64,000 nt of DNA from an uncultured Prolixibacteraceae bacterium (GCA_964429135.1 CAYSAU010000007.1:18456-82455), one strand, 5' to 3'. Positions 47,628-57,867 are shown, numbered from the stretch's first letter. Program-made: numbers and translations. Notes: generated by a model from the sequence alone, not told the origin.

Positions 47628-49106
47628 CTATAGATTACTTGTCGGGAGATCCCACGAACTGTTTTGAAACTCACCCCAGGTATCGATGGTCTGGGTATCG
47701 TCAATGTTACCTGTGGGATGCACCCTTTCCCGGATGACCATTTTCCACCTAGCATTATAGACCTCACCAAGAGCATCTGAGTGCAGGAGGGTGTAATCGC
47801 TGGTCACCATATCCTGAGAATAGAAGACAAAACGTTTATTACGTTGGTTGTTGTTAAGGGAATAATATTGCCAGATTTCGTAGGGATAACTTCCAGGTTC
47901 GTTATTATGGATTTCGCGGGAATTTGGAGGTCCATATTGCAGAAATACCCTTCCACGATCAGTTACATACCCTTTTTTAATCGGGGTGCCGAAATTTTCC
48001 TGAGCTACCTTGGCTTGGTGTTTATAAGCAAGCCAGGTTGTTTCTGGACTTCCTTTTCCCCTGACTTCCCAGAAACTATAGAAAAACTGTTGAAGGGTCT
48101 TTAAGTCAGATAATTTCATCGTATTTTTAATGAATGTTTTTTCCATTCCGGAGGCAATCGGATAAGTGGAATTGATAAACTCCTTCAGGGAGTCATAATC
48201 CGTAATTTTCTCGACAAAAGTACTCTGGATATCCGCGGACAGGAAACTGGCAAGCGTGACTTTGGCATTAGGATTTGAGCGTTGAATGAATAATTTTCTG
48301 GAGGTAATCAATTCATTTTTTTGATCTCTGGCTTCAACGACAAGGTTATAATTGCCACTGGCAAGGTTTTCAACATTAAATTCAGAAAGCAGTACATTTA
48401 CGCTTTTACTGGTTTCCTTTTTGATTTTCACAAAATCTTGGAGTTTAATATTGTTTTCAAATGTCTCCAAGTAATAGGAAAGCAGAAATTTCTGATCGGA
48501 TCCAATGGCTTTATCCAGATTATACAATTCACAATAAAAGATCATGCGTGAATCCGATTCGGGGTAGAATGTAAAGACGTAGGGTACCAGATCATAACCG
48601 CTTTTGGATAATACATTAGGTGAATCGTTTTTTGTATAGGATTTGACTAACTCTATCCCTGAGATAGAAGGTTTGTCTGCCGGAAAATCTACTTCAATGG
48701 TTTGAATATAGGGTAATGCTTTGGCCGTTTTGTTATTGTCGGCAAGTTGAATCTCGAAATCATATCGGCCATTGGAAAGTGAAAAACGTTGCTGGTCGAT
48801 AAAGTGAAGATTAATATTTGTGGTATCACTAATTTCCGGGCTTAAAAACGTATATTTGTTATAAGCTTTGATCTGATCTGCTTGTCTGAATATCATCAGT
48901 ACATTGACCGCTGCCTGAAATTTTCCATTATCTAGCTTCTTATACTGCAAACTGTTACCAGCAAACGAAAGATATGTTTCCACATAGGGACCCTCTGGTG
49001 AATTAAAACAGGTATAGGTCAAAAATGCCCATAGGTTACGGGCATTTAGATGAAGTCCTGAAGACAGGAAAAAGAGGAGAATAGTAAGGAAAAATACTTT
49101 TTTCAT
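47628..49106 (-). CDS. GWxTD domain-containing protein
   Basis: Shows KGYVTDRGRVFLQYGPP ... PYEIWQY. The start is set at MKKVFFL (signal peptide). Confidence 0.8.
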   Translation of the reverse strand: MKKVFFLTILLFFLSSGLHLNARNLWAFLTYTCFNSPEGPYVETYLSFAGNSLQYKKLDNGKFQAAVNVLMIFRQADQIKAYNKYTFLSPEISDTTNINLHFIDQQRFSLSNGRYDFEIQLADNNKTAKALPYIQTIEVDFPADKPSISGIELVKSYTKNDSPNVLSKSGYDLVPYVFTFYPESDSRMIFYCELYNLDKAIGSDQKFLLSYYLETFENNIKLQDFVKIKKETSKSVNVLLSEFNVENLASGNYNLVVEARDQKNELITSRKLFIQRSNPNAKVTLASFLSADIQSTFVEKITDYDSLKEFINSTYPIASGMEKTFIKNTMKLSDLKTLQQFFYSFWEVRGKGSPETTWLAYKHQAKVAQENFGTPIKKGYVTDRGRVFLQYGPPNSREIHNNEPGSYPYEIWQYYSLNNNQRNKRFVFYSQDMVTSDYTLLHSDALGEVYNARWKMVIRERVHPTGNIDDTQTIDTWGEFQNSSWDLPTSNL

Positions 49107-49247
49107 AATGTGTAATGTTGGTAATATTTCAACCACAAATATATTTATAAACGGTCAGGATTGCAATAAAAATCGATCAATTCGATCATATTCCAGGCAA
49201 GTGTTGAAATGGATTCCCTGGAATTGATGTTATTTGGAAAATATTTG

Positions 49248-49255
49248 TACTTTTG
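49248..49255 (+). promoter_or_regulatory. Candidate -7 box TACTTTTG for the tRNA-Ser pair
   Basis: Ends 5 nt before the first tRNA nucleotide. Confidence 0.45.
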
Positions 49256-49260
49256 CTCCC

Positions 49261-49345
49261 GGAGAGATGGCAGAGTGGTCGATTGCGGCGGTCTTGAAAA
49301 CCGTTGACCTGCAAGGGTCCGGGGGTTCGAATCCCTCTCTCTCCG
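49261..49345 (+). tRNA. tRNA-Ser (anticodon TGA)
   Basis: Reads GGAGAGA...CGGT-CTTGAAA-ACCG..long variable arm..GGGGGTTCGAATCCCTC-TCTCTCC-G. Confidence 0.9.
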
Positions 49346-49349
49346 CATA

Positions 49350-49438
49350 GGAGAGATGCCAGAGCGGTCGAATGGGGCGGTCTCGAAAACCGTTGACCCC
49401 CGTAAGGGGGTCCCAGGGTTCGAATCCCTGTCTCTCCG
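49350..49438 (+). tRNA. tRNA-Ser (anticodon CGA)
   Basis: Reads GGAGAGA...CGGT-CTCGAAA-ACCG..long variable arm..CAGGGTTCGAATCCCTG-TCTCTCC-G. Only 4 nt separate it from the previous tRNA. Confidence 0.9.
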
Positions 49439-49513
49439 CATCCCATAAATGATAAGATTTCCTTCTTATATTGCATAATTCCTTCTATTTTTGTGTAATA
49501 CAATCTTAAAAAC

Positions 49514-50710
49514 ATGAATCAAGAGATTCAACCGCATCTGCTGGACCTGGTCATGAGGGATAATGATTATGTGATCTTCCTGGGGGATACCGCTTTGCTG
49601 ACACCCGGAGGTAAAGAAGTTGCCCATGCTAATCCCAGGGTGCTCAAACAGATCATCCTTGAATTGTCGCTGTGCTTGTCCGGGCAGTTCTCTGCTTTTA
49701 GTGCATATTCTCTGCTATCCTTCCAGATTGATCATATCAGCATGGGGATGGATCCTTTTCTGACTCAGTTTCATGAACTTTCTTCCAGTGATCCTTTTAT
49801 TCAGATGAAAACAGGGTCGAAAAAAAAAGCACAGCTTTTTGATTCCTCTAGGATTCATTGGGTGCTTGACAAACATCCTGATTTACTGAATATCCTCTTC
49901 ATGGGAGTTTCAGGCTTGGTAGATGCTTTTAATCGGTTTATTTCCATTTCTGATCCTTCCGGTATTCCGGAGTTTATTTATAACCACTATCTCTCTCTTC
50001 ATCCCGCTGAAAAAACAATAATTAACGTGCTATCTTCACAGCACCAGTCGGGGATCATCATGCCCTTACTTTTTGTAAACCGCCAGATTAATGCTACTGA
50101 ATATGTTAATGGCTTATTTGCTTTAAGTGTTCCGGAAGGGAAAATGGATCCGTTTGCCCTGTTCATGGATTACCAGAGATCATCTCAGATTGCGCTGGAT
50201 TACCTGATTACATTCATTGATCATAAAACCGGAAATCTTCTTGATATCATCAAAGCGGGAGAGAGCAACGACCTCGAGTTCAAATCCACCTTGCGATGGG
50301 ATCTCAAAGCCGGGAAAAGCAGTCAGCAGGTGGAAAGAGCTGTTTTAAAAACGATTTCTGCTTTTCTTAATTCCGGAGGGGGAACTTTATTGATTGGCAT
50401 CAGGGATGATGGTTCTGTTGAAGGAATAGAATCCGATCGTTTCCCCAATGAGGACAAGTTTCTCTTACATTTCTGGACCCTGGTCAAGACGGCATTCGGA
50501 AGGGATACCAGCCCCTATGTAAAAACCAATCTCGAGAAAATTGAAGGTAAAACTGTTTGTAGAGTACGATGTTCAAGAAGTTCAAGACCGGCTTTCTTAA
50601 GGCAACCTGGATTTGAAGAAGAGTTTTACATCCGTTTAGGACCAAGTAGTGTTGCTTTGGCTGTAAGTGAAGCCCTTAAATATATTGCAGATCATTTTTC
50701 AGAGAAATAA
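49514..50710 (+). CDS. Hypothetical protein with a C-terminal AlbA_2/Schlafen-type divergent-AAA nucleic-acid-binding domain
   Basis: Shows ESNDLEFKSTLRWD....LKTISAFLNSGGGTLLIGIRDDGSVEGIE. I do not recognise the N-terminal 240 aa. Confidence 0.7.
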   Translation: MNQEIQPHLLDLVMRDNDYVIFLGDTALLTPGGKEVAHANPRVLKQIILELSLCLSGQFSAFSAYSLLSFQIDHISMGMDPFLTQFHELSSSDPFIQMKTGSKKKAQLFDSSRIHWVLDKHPDLLNILFMGVSGLVDAFNRFISISDPSGIPEFIYNHYLSLHPAEKTIINVLSSQHQSGIIMPLLFVNRQINATEYVNGLFALSVPEGKMDPFALFMDYQRSSQIALDYLITFIDHKTGNLLDIIKAGESNDLEFKSTLRWDLKAGKSSQQVERAVLKTISAFLNSGGGTLLIGIRDDGSVEGIESDRFPNEDKFLLHFWTLVKTAFGRDTSPYVKTNLEKIEGKTVCRVRCSRSSRPAFLRQPGFEEEFYIRLGPSSVALAVSEALKYIADHFSEK

Positions 50711-50711
50711 T

Positions 50712-51320
50712 TTACCAATAAGGCATCAGCCCATAGCGATTATTGGAATTAAGGAATGAATTGCCATATGGGGACATGTAGGGGTTAATTCCTTTGGAAT
50801 ATCCGAAACCGGCCTGTATCTGAACATTTTCACCGATTTTATAATTCACATCCATTCTGATACCCTGGGCGCCTTCTCTTGAATACGACTGATAAGGAGA
50901 AAAGGACAATGGATCTCCGGCCAAAGGAAATTCCTTAAATGCCATTCCGGTGAGGGTAAGGTTTTTATTTAAGAGATAAGTCCCGCTAACATAAAGAAAG
51001 GCCGAAGTATAGTTTCCCTGGCTTTTTGAATCACCTTGCTCGGATAAAAATGATTGGATCCCAGAATAGTTTGTAGTGATCAAGCTCAGGCCCCCCCGGA
51101 TCTGAAAACGCTTGCTGACATCGTAGGTGAGAGAGGGTGAAATAAAAGTGCTGAGTCCGTATCCATACCCAGTGTATGAAGAAAACTGACTACCGACACT
51201 GAAATGAATGTTGAATTTACGGGGAAAATAAGTGGTTTGAGCAGAATCCGTTGCAGAGAATTGGGCATAACCCGAAAAAAATAAACCTGACAGAAAGAGG
51301 ATAAACGATATTTTTTTCAT
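50712..51320 (-). CDS. Hypothetical outer-membrane beta-barrel protein
   Basis: Signal peptide, alternating Y/G/S strands and a C-terminal aromatic residue. Confidence 0.55.
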   Translation of the reverse strand: MKKISFILFLSGLFFSGYAQFSATDSAQTTYFPRKFNIHFSVGSQFSSYTGYGYGLSTFISPSLTYDVSKRFQIRGGLSLITTNYSGIQSFLSEQGDSKSQGNYTSAFLYVSGTYLLNKNLTLTGMAFKEFPLAGDPLSFSPYQSYSREGAQGIRMDVNYKIGENVQIQAGFGYSKGINPYMSPYGNSFLNSNNRYGLMPYW

Positions 51321-51323
51321 GTG

Positions 51324-51791
51324 CTAAAGAAATGACATATTATCCTTGGCTGTAATTTTTTCACAATAGTGACAACGTAATTTCAGGTTGGTTTTATCAA
51401 TCACGGTGAATAAGGTAGGGATGTCCTCGTGGTTGGTAATGCAGTTAGGATTAAAACACTTCACGATTTTCTCGGCCTGATCAGGAATTTCAACTTTTTT
51501 CTTTTCAGTCACCTTAAAATTTTTAATAACAATCAGGGTGGCGGTTGGGGCGACCAGTGCGATCTTATTAATTTCATCACTTTTGAAAAATTTATTGCTG
51601 ATTTTAATAATCCCCTTTTTACCCATTTTTCTGCTGTCGAGGTTGGTACCTATCAGCAATTGGGTTGCGCAGGCGCTCAGGTTTAGTATTTTAATGACCT
51701 GAAAAACGCTTTGGGTGGGGATATGATCTATCACTGAGCCGTTTTCAATGGCTGAAACTTTCAATTCCTTCCTGAGATCTTCTTTTTCCAT
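51324..51791 (-). CDS. pyrI: Aspartate carbamoyltransferase regulatory subunit
   Basis: Shows VSAIENGSVIDHIP and the zinc motif CxNxxC...CxYC. Confidence 0.9.
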   Translation of the reverse strand: MEKEDLRKELKVSAIENGSVIDHIPTQSVFQVIKILNLSACATQLLIGTNLDSRKMGKKGIIKISNKFFKSDEINKIALVAPTATLIVIKNFKVTEKKKVEIPDQAEKIVKCFNPNCITNHEDIPTLFTVIDKTNLKLRCHYCEKITAKDNMSFL

Positions 51792-51806
51792 GATACAAAT
51801 TTTAAT

Positions 51807-52718
51807 TTATTCAACAACGCCAAGAATGGAAGCCAGCAGTGCCTGTCTGATAAATACACCGTTGAGCGCCTGGGTAAAATAATAAGCTTTTGGATTATCA
51901 TCTACATCTGTGGTGATTTCATTGACCCTGGGCAAAGGATGCAAGATTTTCAAATTTGATCTGCCTTCTTCCAACATTCTATTTCTGAGGACATAAGAGT
52001 TCTTGACTTTTTCGTACTCTATGGGATCTGAGAATCTTTCCTTCTGGATACGGGTCATATACAGAATGTCAACTTTAGGAATAACTTCCTGAAGATCAGT
52101 ATATTGATGATATTCGAGCGAATTGTTTTTAATGTGCATCTTTACCGAGCTGGGTAATTTAAGTTCCAGCGGAGATACCAGGTGAAAGCTTGTATTGAAA
52201 TTACATAATGCCATAACCAGTGAATGTACAGTTCTTCCGTATTTTAAATCTCCGACAAAAGCAACGTGAAGATTATCCAATCTTCCCTGGGTTTTTCGGA
52301 TGGAATATAAATCGAGTAATGTCTGTGTGGGATGCTGGTTGGCTCCGTCTCCTGCATTGATTATGGGAACTTGTGCCATTTCGCTGGCATAACGCGCACT
52401 TCCTTCCCTGGGATGACGCATTACGATAATATCCGAATAATTTCCCACAGTCAGAATCGTATCCCGAAGCGATTCTCCCTTTTGTACGCTTGAACTGCTG
52501 GAGTCCGAAAACCCGATAATTCTTGCCCCAAGCCTGGTTGCAGCGCTTTCGAAACTCAATCTTGTCCGGGTAGAAGGTTCGAAAAAGAGTGTGGCGACAA
52601 CGAAATCTTCCAGGATACGTTGCCTGGGGCATTTTTCAAAAGCTTCTGCCAGGTCAAGAATGCGTATGTGTTCATCCCGGGAGAAGTCGTTGATAGAAAC
52701 TAAACTTTTATTCTTCAT
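51807..52718 (-). CDS. pyrB: Aspartate carbamoyltransferase catalytic subunit
   Basis: Shows [17 protein letters not shown] and HPLPR. Confidence 0.93.
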   Translation of the reverse strand: MKNKSLVSINDFSRDEHIRILDLAEAFEKCPRQRILEDFVVATLFFEPSTRTRLSFESAATRLGARIIGFSDSSSSSVQKGESLRDTILTVGNYSDIIVMRHPREGSARYASEMAQVPIINAGDGANQHPTQTLLDLYSIRKTQGRLDNLHVAFVGDLKYGRTVHSLVMALCNFNTSFHLVSPLELKLPSSVKMHIKNNSLEYHQYTDLQEVIPKVDILYMTRIQKERFSDPIEYEKVKNSYVLRNRMLEEGRSNLKILHPLPRVNEITTDVDDNPKAYYFTQALNGVFIRQALLASILGVVE

Positions 52719-52750
52719 TGATTTTTAATTGTAAATCGGTTATCAAAGGT

Positions 52751-52782
52751 AAAAAAAAATCCCGGTGAAAACCGGGATTTTT
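52751..52782 (-). terminator. Intrinsic terminator after gene 52786..54123
   Basis: On the minus strand, atcccggt-tttc-accgggat is followed by tttttttt. Confidence 0.75.
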
Positions 52783-52785
52783 ATA

Positions 52786-54123
52786 TCATTTAATCTTGTG
52801 TTTTTTAAGAAAATCAGACAGTATCATCGTCAGATCCGGTTTCCCTATTTCCTGTAAATCATAATATACCCTCGTATTTGGTTTTTTAATCTTTATCAGG
52901 CGGTTTAGATCAATGGGGGTGGCGATTAATACAGAATCGCATTGAACTTTATTAATGGTTGCTTCCAGGTCCTTAATTTGTTGGACACCATAACCCATAG
53001 CCGGTAGTAAAGTTCCGATATTCGGATAAATAGCAAAAGTTTCGGCCAGTTTTCCCACGACGTAGGGACGGGGATCAACCATTTCAGCAGCTCCGTATTT
53101 TTGTGCAGCAACAACACCGGCACCAATTTTCATTTCCCCGTGGGTTAGCGTAGGACCATCTTCAATGACCAACACTTTTTTACCACGTATAACAGATTCA
53201 TCATCCACGCGAATCGGGGAAGCCCCGTCAACAACAATCGCTTTTGGATTGATGCGCTGTATATTATCCCTTACTGCTTTGATGTTTTCAGGATAAGCCG
53301 AATCTATTTTATTAAGAACAACAACATCGGCAATCCGGATATTGACTTCACCCGGATAATAATTGACTTCTGCACCGGGGCGATGGGGATCCGCAACGGT
53401 GACCATCAGATCTGGTTTGTAAAAAGGAAAGTCATTATTGCCGCCATCCCAGAGGATGATATCGCATCCACCCGGATCTTTTTCTGCTGCGCGTAATATT
53501 GCCTCATAATCAACACCGGCATATATTACATTTCCACGGTCAACATGGGGTTCGTACTCTTCCATTTCTTCAATGGTGCATTTATGCTTGGCCAGGTCTT
53601 TGACCGTTGCAAAACGCTGAACTTTCTGGGCAACCAGGTCACCATAAGGCATGGGATGACGGACGGCAACGACCTTTAAGCCCTTGGCCATCAGAATTTC
53701 AATGATCCTACGGGAAGTTTGGCTTTTTCCGCATCCCGTGCGGGTTGCTCCAACGGCAATCACGGGTTTATGACTTTTTAGCATTGTATCTCCGGGGCCG
53801 ATGAGTAAAAAATTGGCACCTGCAGCATTCACGATGGAACTCATATTCATCACCCTTTGATAGGGGACATCGCTATAGGCAAAATTACAGATATCTACTT
53901 TATGCTTTCTGATCAGGGCAGGTAAATCAGATTCTGCATAAATGGGTATCCCCTTAGGATATAATTTCCCAGCTAGGGCGGCAGGATATTTCCGGCCATC
54001 TATGTCCGGAATCTGGGCCGCAGTAAAAGCTACAACATTAAAAGCAGCATTGTCACGGTAATACGTGTTGAAATTGTGAAAATCTCGACCAGCCGCACCG
54101 ATGATGATTACATTTTTTTTCAT
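52786..54123 (-). CDS. P-loop protein of the cyclic 2,3-diphosphoglycerate synthetase-like family
   Basis: Shows VIIIGAAGRDFHNFN and VGATRTGCGKSQTS, about 445 aa. The family is recalled from annotations and was not verified. Confidence 0.6.
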   Translation of the reverse strand: MKKNVIIIGAAGRDFHNFNTYYRDNAAFNVVAFTAAQIPDIDGRKYPAALAGKLYPKGIPIYAESDLPALIRKHKVDICNFAYSDVPYQRVMNMSSIVNAAGANFLLIGPGDTMLKSHKPVIAVGATRTGCGKSQTSRRIIEILMAKGLKVVAVRHPMPYGDLVAQKVQRFATVKDLAKHKCTIEEMEEYEPHVDRGNVIYAGVDYEAILRAAEKDPGGCDIILWDGGNNDFPFYKPDLMVTVADPHRPGAEVNYYPGEVNIRIADVVVLNKIDSAYPENIKAVRDNIQRINPKAIVVDGASPIRVDDESVIRGKKVLVIEDGPTLTHGEMKIGAGVVAAQKYGAAEMVDPRPYVVGKLAETFAIYPNIGTLLPAMGYGVQQIKDLEATINKVQCDSVLIATPIDLNRLIKIKKPNTRVYYDLQEIGKPDLTMILSDFLKKHKIK

Positions 54124-54244
54124 TCTGACCTCGTTTTTTCGGGTTTGACAATATGGAGTTTCTATTTATCTTTCTGAACTGAAATGCGTTTGCAAACCTA
54201 CTTCTTTTTTGGTAATTAGCCAAATCAGAACAAAAAAAATCCCT

Positions 54245-54252
54245 TACCTTTG
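54245..54252 (+). promoter_or_regulatory. Candidate -7 box TACCTTTG for argS
   Basis: Its position makes ATG 54254 unlikely to be transcribed and favours the start at 54272. Confidence 0.45.
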
Positions 54253-54271
54253 TATGACATTTGACGGTATA

Positions 54272-56059
54272 ATGATAGAACAGAAATTAGTCGAAACCGC
54301 ATCAGAGGCTGTCCGGCAACTATATCATCAGGAAATTTCCCCGGATCAAATCGGGCTTGAAAGAACAAAGAAAGAAATAGAAGGGGATTTTACCCTCCTG
54401 GTTTTTCCTATGGTAAAATTCTCCCGGAAATCTCCGGAAATTACTGCTGCTGAAATCGGAGATTTTTTATGTTCAGTCCTTCCCGAAATTAAGGAATACA
54501 AGGTAATAAAGGGGTTTCTTAACATTCATCTGAGACCTGAATGGTGGTTAAAATTTTTAAGGGATAACATGAATGAGCCAGACTTTGGATTTCAACCCAT
54601 GAAATCCGGTTCTCCGGTGCTCATTGAGTATTCCTCACCCAATACCAATAAACCCCTTCATCTGGGGCATATCAGAAATAACCTTCTGGGGTATTCTCTC
54701 TCTGAAATTGCCCGTGCAAACGGGAATCAGGTGGTTAAAATGAACCTGATCAATGACCGGGGAATTCATATCTGCAAATCCATGCTGGCATATCTGAAAT
54801 GGGGCTTGGATGAAACACCTCATTCCTCAGGAATCAAAGGAGATCATCTGGTTGGTAAATACTATGTCCTTTTTAATCAAAACCTGAAATCAGAAGTTAG
54901 AGACCTTATGGAGAAGGGCTTGACAGAGGAAGAAGCGCTCATTCAAGCACCCCTTAACCAGGAAGCCCAGGAGATGCTTAGAAAGTGGGAAGCTCAGGAT
55001 ACGGAAATCATTTCCTTATGGAAAACAATGAATAACTGGGTTTACGATGGGTTTAATGAGACCTATCGCAATCTTGGTGTGGATTTTGATAGAATTTACT
55101 ACGAAAGTGATACTTATTTGCTTGGTAAGGAAATCGTCAGAGCTGGCCTGGAAAATGGTCTTTTGCTTCAAAAAGATGATGGAAGCATTTGGGCTGATTT
55201 GAAAGCCATAGGCCTGGATGAAAAACTCTTACTCCGGGCTGACGGTACTTCGGTTTATATGACTCAGGATATCGGGACGGCAGAATTAAGGTATCGGGAG
55301 TATCACCCCTCCGGCATAATTTATGTGGTCGGAAATGAACAGAATTATCATTTTGATGTATTGAAACAAGTCTTGAAGAAGTTGGGAAAACCTTATTCTG
55401 CTCAATTATTTCATCTTTCTTACGGTATGGTGGAGCTTCCTTCCGGAAAAATGAAATCCCGTGAAGGAACTGTTGTGGATGCGGATGACCTGATCAGGGA
55501 AATGCTTGGAATAGCTGAAAAAACCACCAGGGAATTAGGGAAAGCAAATGATTACAGCGAAAAAGAAGGAGCCCAATTATTTCATCAGATCGGTCTTGGT
55601 GCGTTGAAATATTTTATCCTTAAAGTTGATCCTAAAAAAAATATGTTGTTCGACCCACAGGAATCTATTGATTTTAATGGAAATACAGGGCCTTTTATTC
55701 AATATACCCATGCCCGGATAAGATCTCTGCTGAAAAAAGGCTTTGATCTGGGATTTCAATTCCCTACCGTTACAACTGATGGACTTGATTTGATGAAAAC
55801 CGAGTTGAACATTCTCAAAATATTATATCAATTCCCGGTTGTGGTCAGGGAATCATGGTCAAGCTTTAGCCCTGCCATCATAGCGAATTATATTTATGAG
55901 CTGGCCAGGGAGTACAATCAGTTCTATCAGGAAATCCCGGTGCTTAAGGAAAAAGATAAGCAAAAGATCGTACTTAGATTGGCACTTTCCTTATTTACAG
56001 GAAATGTGATCCGAAACGGGATGAGTCTATTAGGCATTGAAAGCCCTGAAAGAATGTAA
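54272..56059 (+). CDS. argS: Arginine--tRNA ligase
   Basis: Shows SSPNTNKPLHLGHIRNN (HIGH), the KMSKS-like GKMKSREG, and an anticodon-binding C-terminus. Confidence 0.92.
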   Translation: MIEQKLVETASEAVRQLYHQEISPDQIGLERTKKEIEGDFTLLVFPMVKFSRKSPEITAAEIGDFLCSVLPEIKEYKVIKGFLNIHLRPEWWLKFLRDNMNEPDFGFQPMKSGSPVLIEYSSPNTNKPLHLGHIRNNLLGYSLSEIARANGNQVVKMNLINDRGIHICKSMLAYLKWGLDETPHSSGIKGDHLVGKYYVLFNQNLKSEVRDLMEKGLTEEEALIQAPLNQEAQEMLRKWEAQDTEIISLWKTMNNWVYDGFNETYRNLGVDFDRIYYESDTYLLGKEIVRAGLENGLLLQKDDGSIWADLKAIGLDEKLLLRADGTSVYMTQDIGTAELRYREYHPSGIIYVVGNEQNYHFDVLKQVLKKLGKPYSAQLFHLSYGMVELPSGKMKSREGTVVDADDLIREMLGIAEKTTRELGKANDYSEKEGAQLFHQIGLGALKYFILKVDPKKNMLFDPQESIDFNGNTGPFIQYTHARIRSLLKKGFDLGFQFPTVTTDGLDLMKTELNILKILYQFPVVVRESWSSFSPAIIANYIYELAREYNQFYQEIPVLKEKDKQKIVLRLALSLFTGNVIRNGMSLLGIESPERM

Positions 56060-56101
56060 AAAAAAAAAGGCTGTCGCTAAATTTGGACAGCCTTCTTTTT
56101 G
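56060..56101. terminator. Bidirectional intrinsic terminator between convergent argS and the T9SS cargo gene
   Basis: aaaaaaaaa-aggctgtc-gctaaatttg-gacagcct-tcttttt. Confidence 0.75.
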
Positions 56102-56114
56102 AAAAAGGAATGCT

Positions 56115-57722
56115 CTAGTTAACTACGATTTTTTTGTTGATTGTACCCTCTTCCATGTTCAGTTTCAAGTTGTAAATCCCAGATTTCAGATCAGCAACAT
56201 TGATGGTTGTTGTTTGATTGTCAATGAACTGATGCAGTACAACCTGTCCCATGAGGTTATAAAGCTGTACTTCTTTAATCCTGGACGTAGCTTCGATATT
56301 TAACTGTCCCCTGACCGGATTCGGATAAGTTTTTACACTTGCGTTGTTGGTTTCATTGATCCCGACGCCACCGACATAGATATAGTCAGGCTTTGTCATT
56401 GTATTGGTTCCGAAAATGTTGGTAACGACGAGTGTTACATCGTAGGATCCCGGAAGGTTGTAGGTAACAGCCGGTGGTGTTTGAATATTGGAAGAAGGGG
56501 GAGCGCCACCTTCAAATGTCCATGTAAAGTTAGTGGGGTTACCCAAGGAAAGGTTTGTAAAGTTTACCTGTCCCCCGAAAGGAATCGCGGTTTCATCAGC
56601 GACAAAATCAGCCACGGGTTCTGCAAGGGTATAAATAGGATTCCATTTCCACATTCCGCCATCGGTAGCATCTGTATTGAATGCTCCGACCCAGCCAACA
56701 GAATCGTTGATCATGTCGATAGCCAGATACTGTGAGGCCATGTAATCAATGAAATCATTCCAGGTATGTCCTCCATCAAAGGAATAGGTTATACCCACTT
56801 TGCCTGTAGCGGCACCGGTAGTTAAGTAAGTATTGGGAGAGCCTTTGACAGCGCATAAGCTATTGCTAAAGGCATTTCCAGTATAGGTAATCAGAGTCCA
56901 GGTCTGACCACCATCAGAAGTTTCGGCAAGCTGAAGTAAATTGGTGGTATTGGCATGAGCGACCAATCCATGCATTTCATCAACGAAAGCAATTTCATTG
57001 ATCCCTGCTGTTGTTCCAGTGGTTGCAACTCCTGTGGCTTTTGCAAACCAATGGCGTCCACGGTCGTTTGAGATATAGATCTTGGACTTATTGGTGCCAA
57101 ACATGATAGTGGAATCTCCAACTGCTTCAATAACCCCTGTCCATCCGCCTTCGCCGGAAGCAACAGTGCCGTTGATGTCAGTCTGGGGTACCCTGTTCCA
57201 GGTAGTTCCGCCGTTGTCTGTCCAATAAATTTCAAAGTATCCATCTTTGACATCTCCGTGACACATGCCATCATTTTCATTCCAGAAATATGCATTATTC
57301 GCGAAGGAAGCAGACCCCTGAAGGGCACCGGGAAGTTGTGTCCAGGTGGCACCGCCATTCGTGGTTTTGTAAACGCCGCAGGTGTTATCCTGATTTCCGA
57401 CACCATTATAAACTGCAACATAGGCTATATCGGCGCTGATGGCACAGATATTGCCTAGCCCGTAAGTAGTTCCGCCAAGAACCTGGCCAGGAATCCAAGT
57501 GTTTCCACCATCGATGGTACGGGTAAATTCGTTGATCGTAGCACCACCTCCGCTGCCGTCATATGCTGTTGCCCAGGCAACATCCTGGTCAACTACATCA
57601 ATGTAAAAAATTCCCCTTGAAGGTGTTGTGAAACCGCTTGCCTGCTCAAGCCAGAAAGCCTGGGCATTGACAAACAAAGAAATCCCTACAAAAATTAATG
57701 TAAAAAGTAATGTTTTCTTCAT
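56115..57722 (-). CDS. T9SS-secreted protein: BNR/Ycf48-like beta-propeller, PKD-like domain and T9SS C-terminal sorting domain
   Basis: Signal peptide MKKTLLF..NAQ, repeated S.DGG.TW motifs, and a CTD (YPNPV...GIYNLKL...KIVV). The start is at the internal Met. Confidence 0.8.
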   Translation of the reverse strand: MKKTLLFTLIFVGISLFVNAQAFWLEQASGFTTPSRGIFYIDVVDQDVAWATAYDGSGGGATINEFTRTIDGGNTWIPGQVLGGTTYGLGNICAISADIAYVAVYNGVGNQDNTCGVYKTTNGGATWTQLPGALQGSASFANNAYFWNENDGMCHGDVKDGYFEIYWTDNGGTTWNRVPQTDINGTVASGEGGWTGVIEAVGDSTIMFGTNKSKIYISNDRGRHWFAKATGVATTGTTAGINEIAFVDEMHGLVAHANTTNLLQLAETSDGGQTWTLITYTGNAFSNSLCAVKGSPNTYLTTGAATGKVGITYSFDGGHTWNDFIDYMASQYLAIDMINDSVGWVGAFNTDATDGGMWKWNPIYTLAEPVADFVADETAIPFGGQVNFTNLSLGNPTNFTWTFEGGAPPSSNIQTPPAVTYNLPGSYDVTLVVTNIFGTNTMTKPDYIYVGGVGINETNNASVKTYPNPVRGQLNIEATSRIKEVQLYNLMGQVVLHQFIDNQTTTINVADLKSGIYNLKLNMEEGTINKKIVVN

Positions 57723-57830
57723 GGCTTTAAGTTTAAATGAATAATGAATGTTTCTACAAACATACAAAAAAAAATATCATTCCAGCATAATACTGAAAAA
57801 AAAACAACAAAATTCATCTTTGGAAATTCG

Positions 57831-57838
57831 TAATTTTG
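57831..57838 (+). promoter_or_regulatory. Candidate -7 box TAATTTTG for ffh
   Basis: A TAnnTTTG match 30 nt upstream of the ATG. Confidence 0.4.
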
Positions 57839-57867
57839 CAGCCATTTAATAAATTAAAAAAAACAGT

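Noticed and set aside
49145-49515. Two minus-strand ORFs (98 and 109 aa) with repeated RDSNP/GIRT-like peptides.
   Set aside because: They are antisense translations of the two tRNA-Ser genes. The repeat simply reflects the tandem tRNAs.
56891-57421. A 176-aa ORF, plus other long alternative-frame ORFs inside large genes (for example 11624..12040, 37159..37542, 58261..58881, 23333..23710).
   Set aside because: They are fully embedded in strongly supported genes, have low-complexity or unrecognisable sequence, and have no independent start context.
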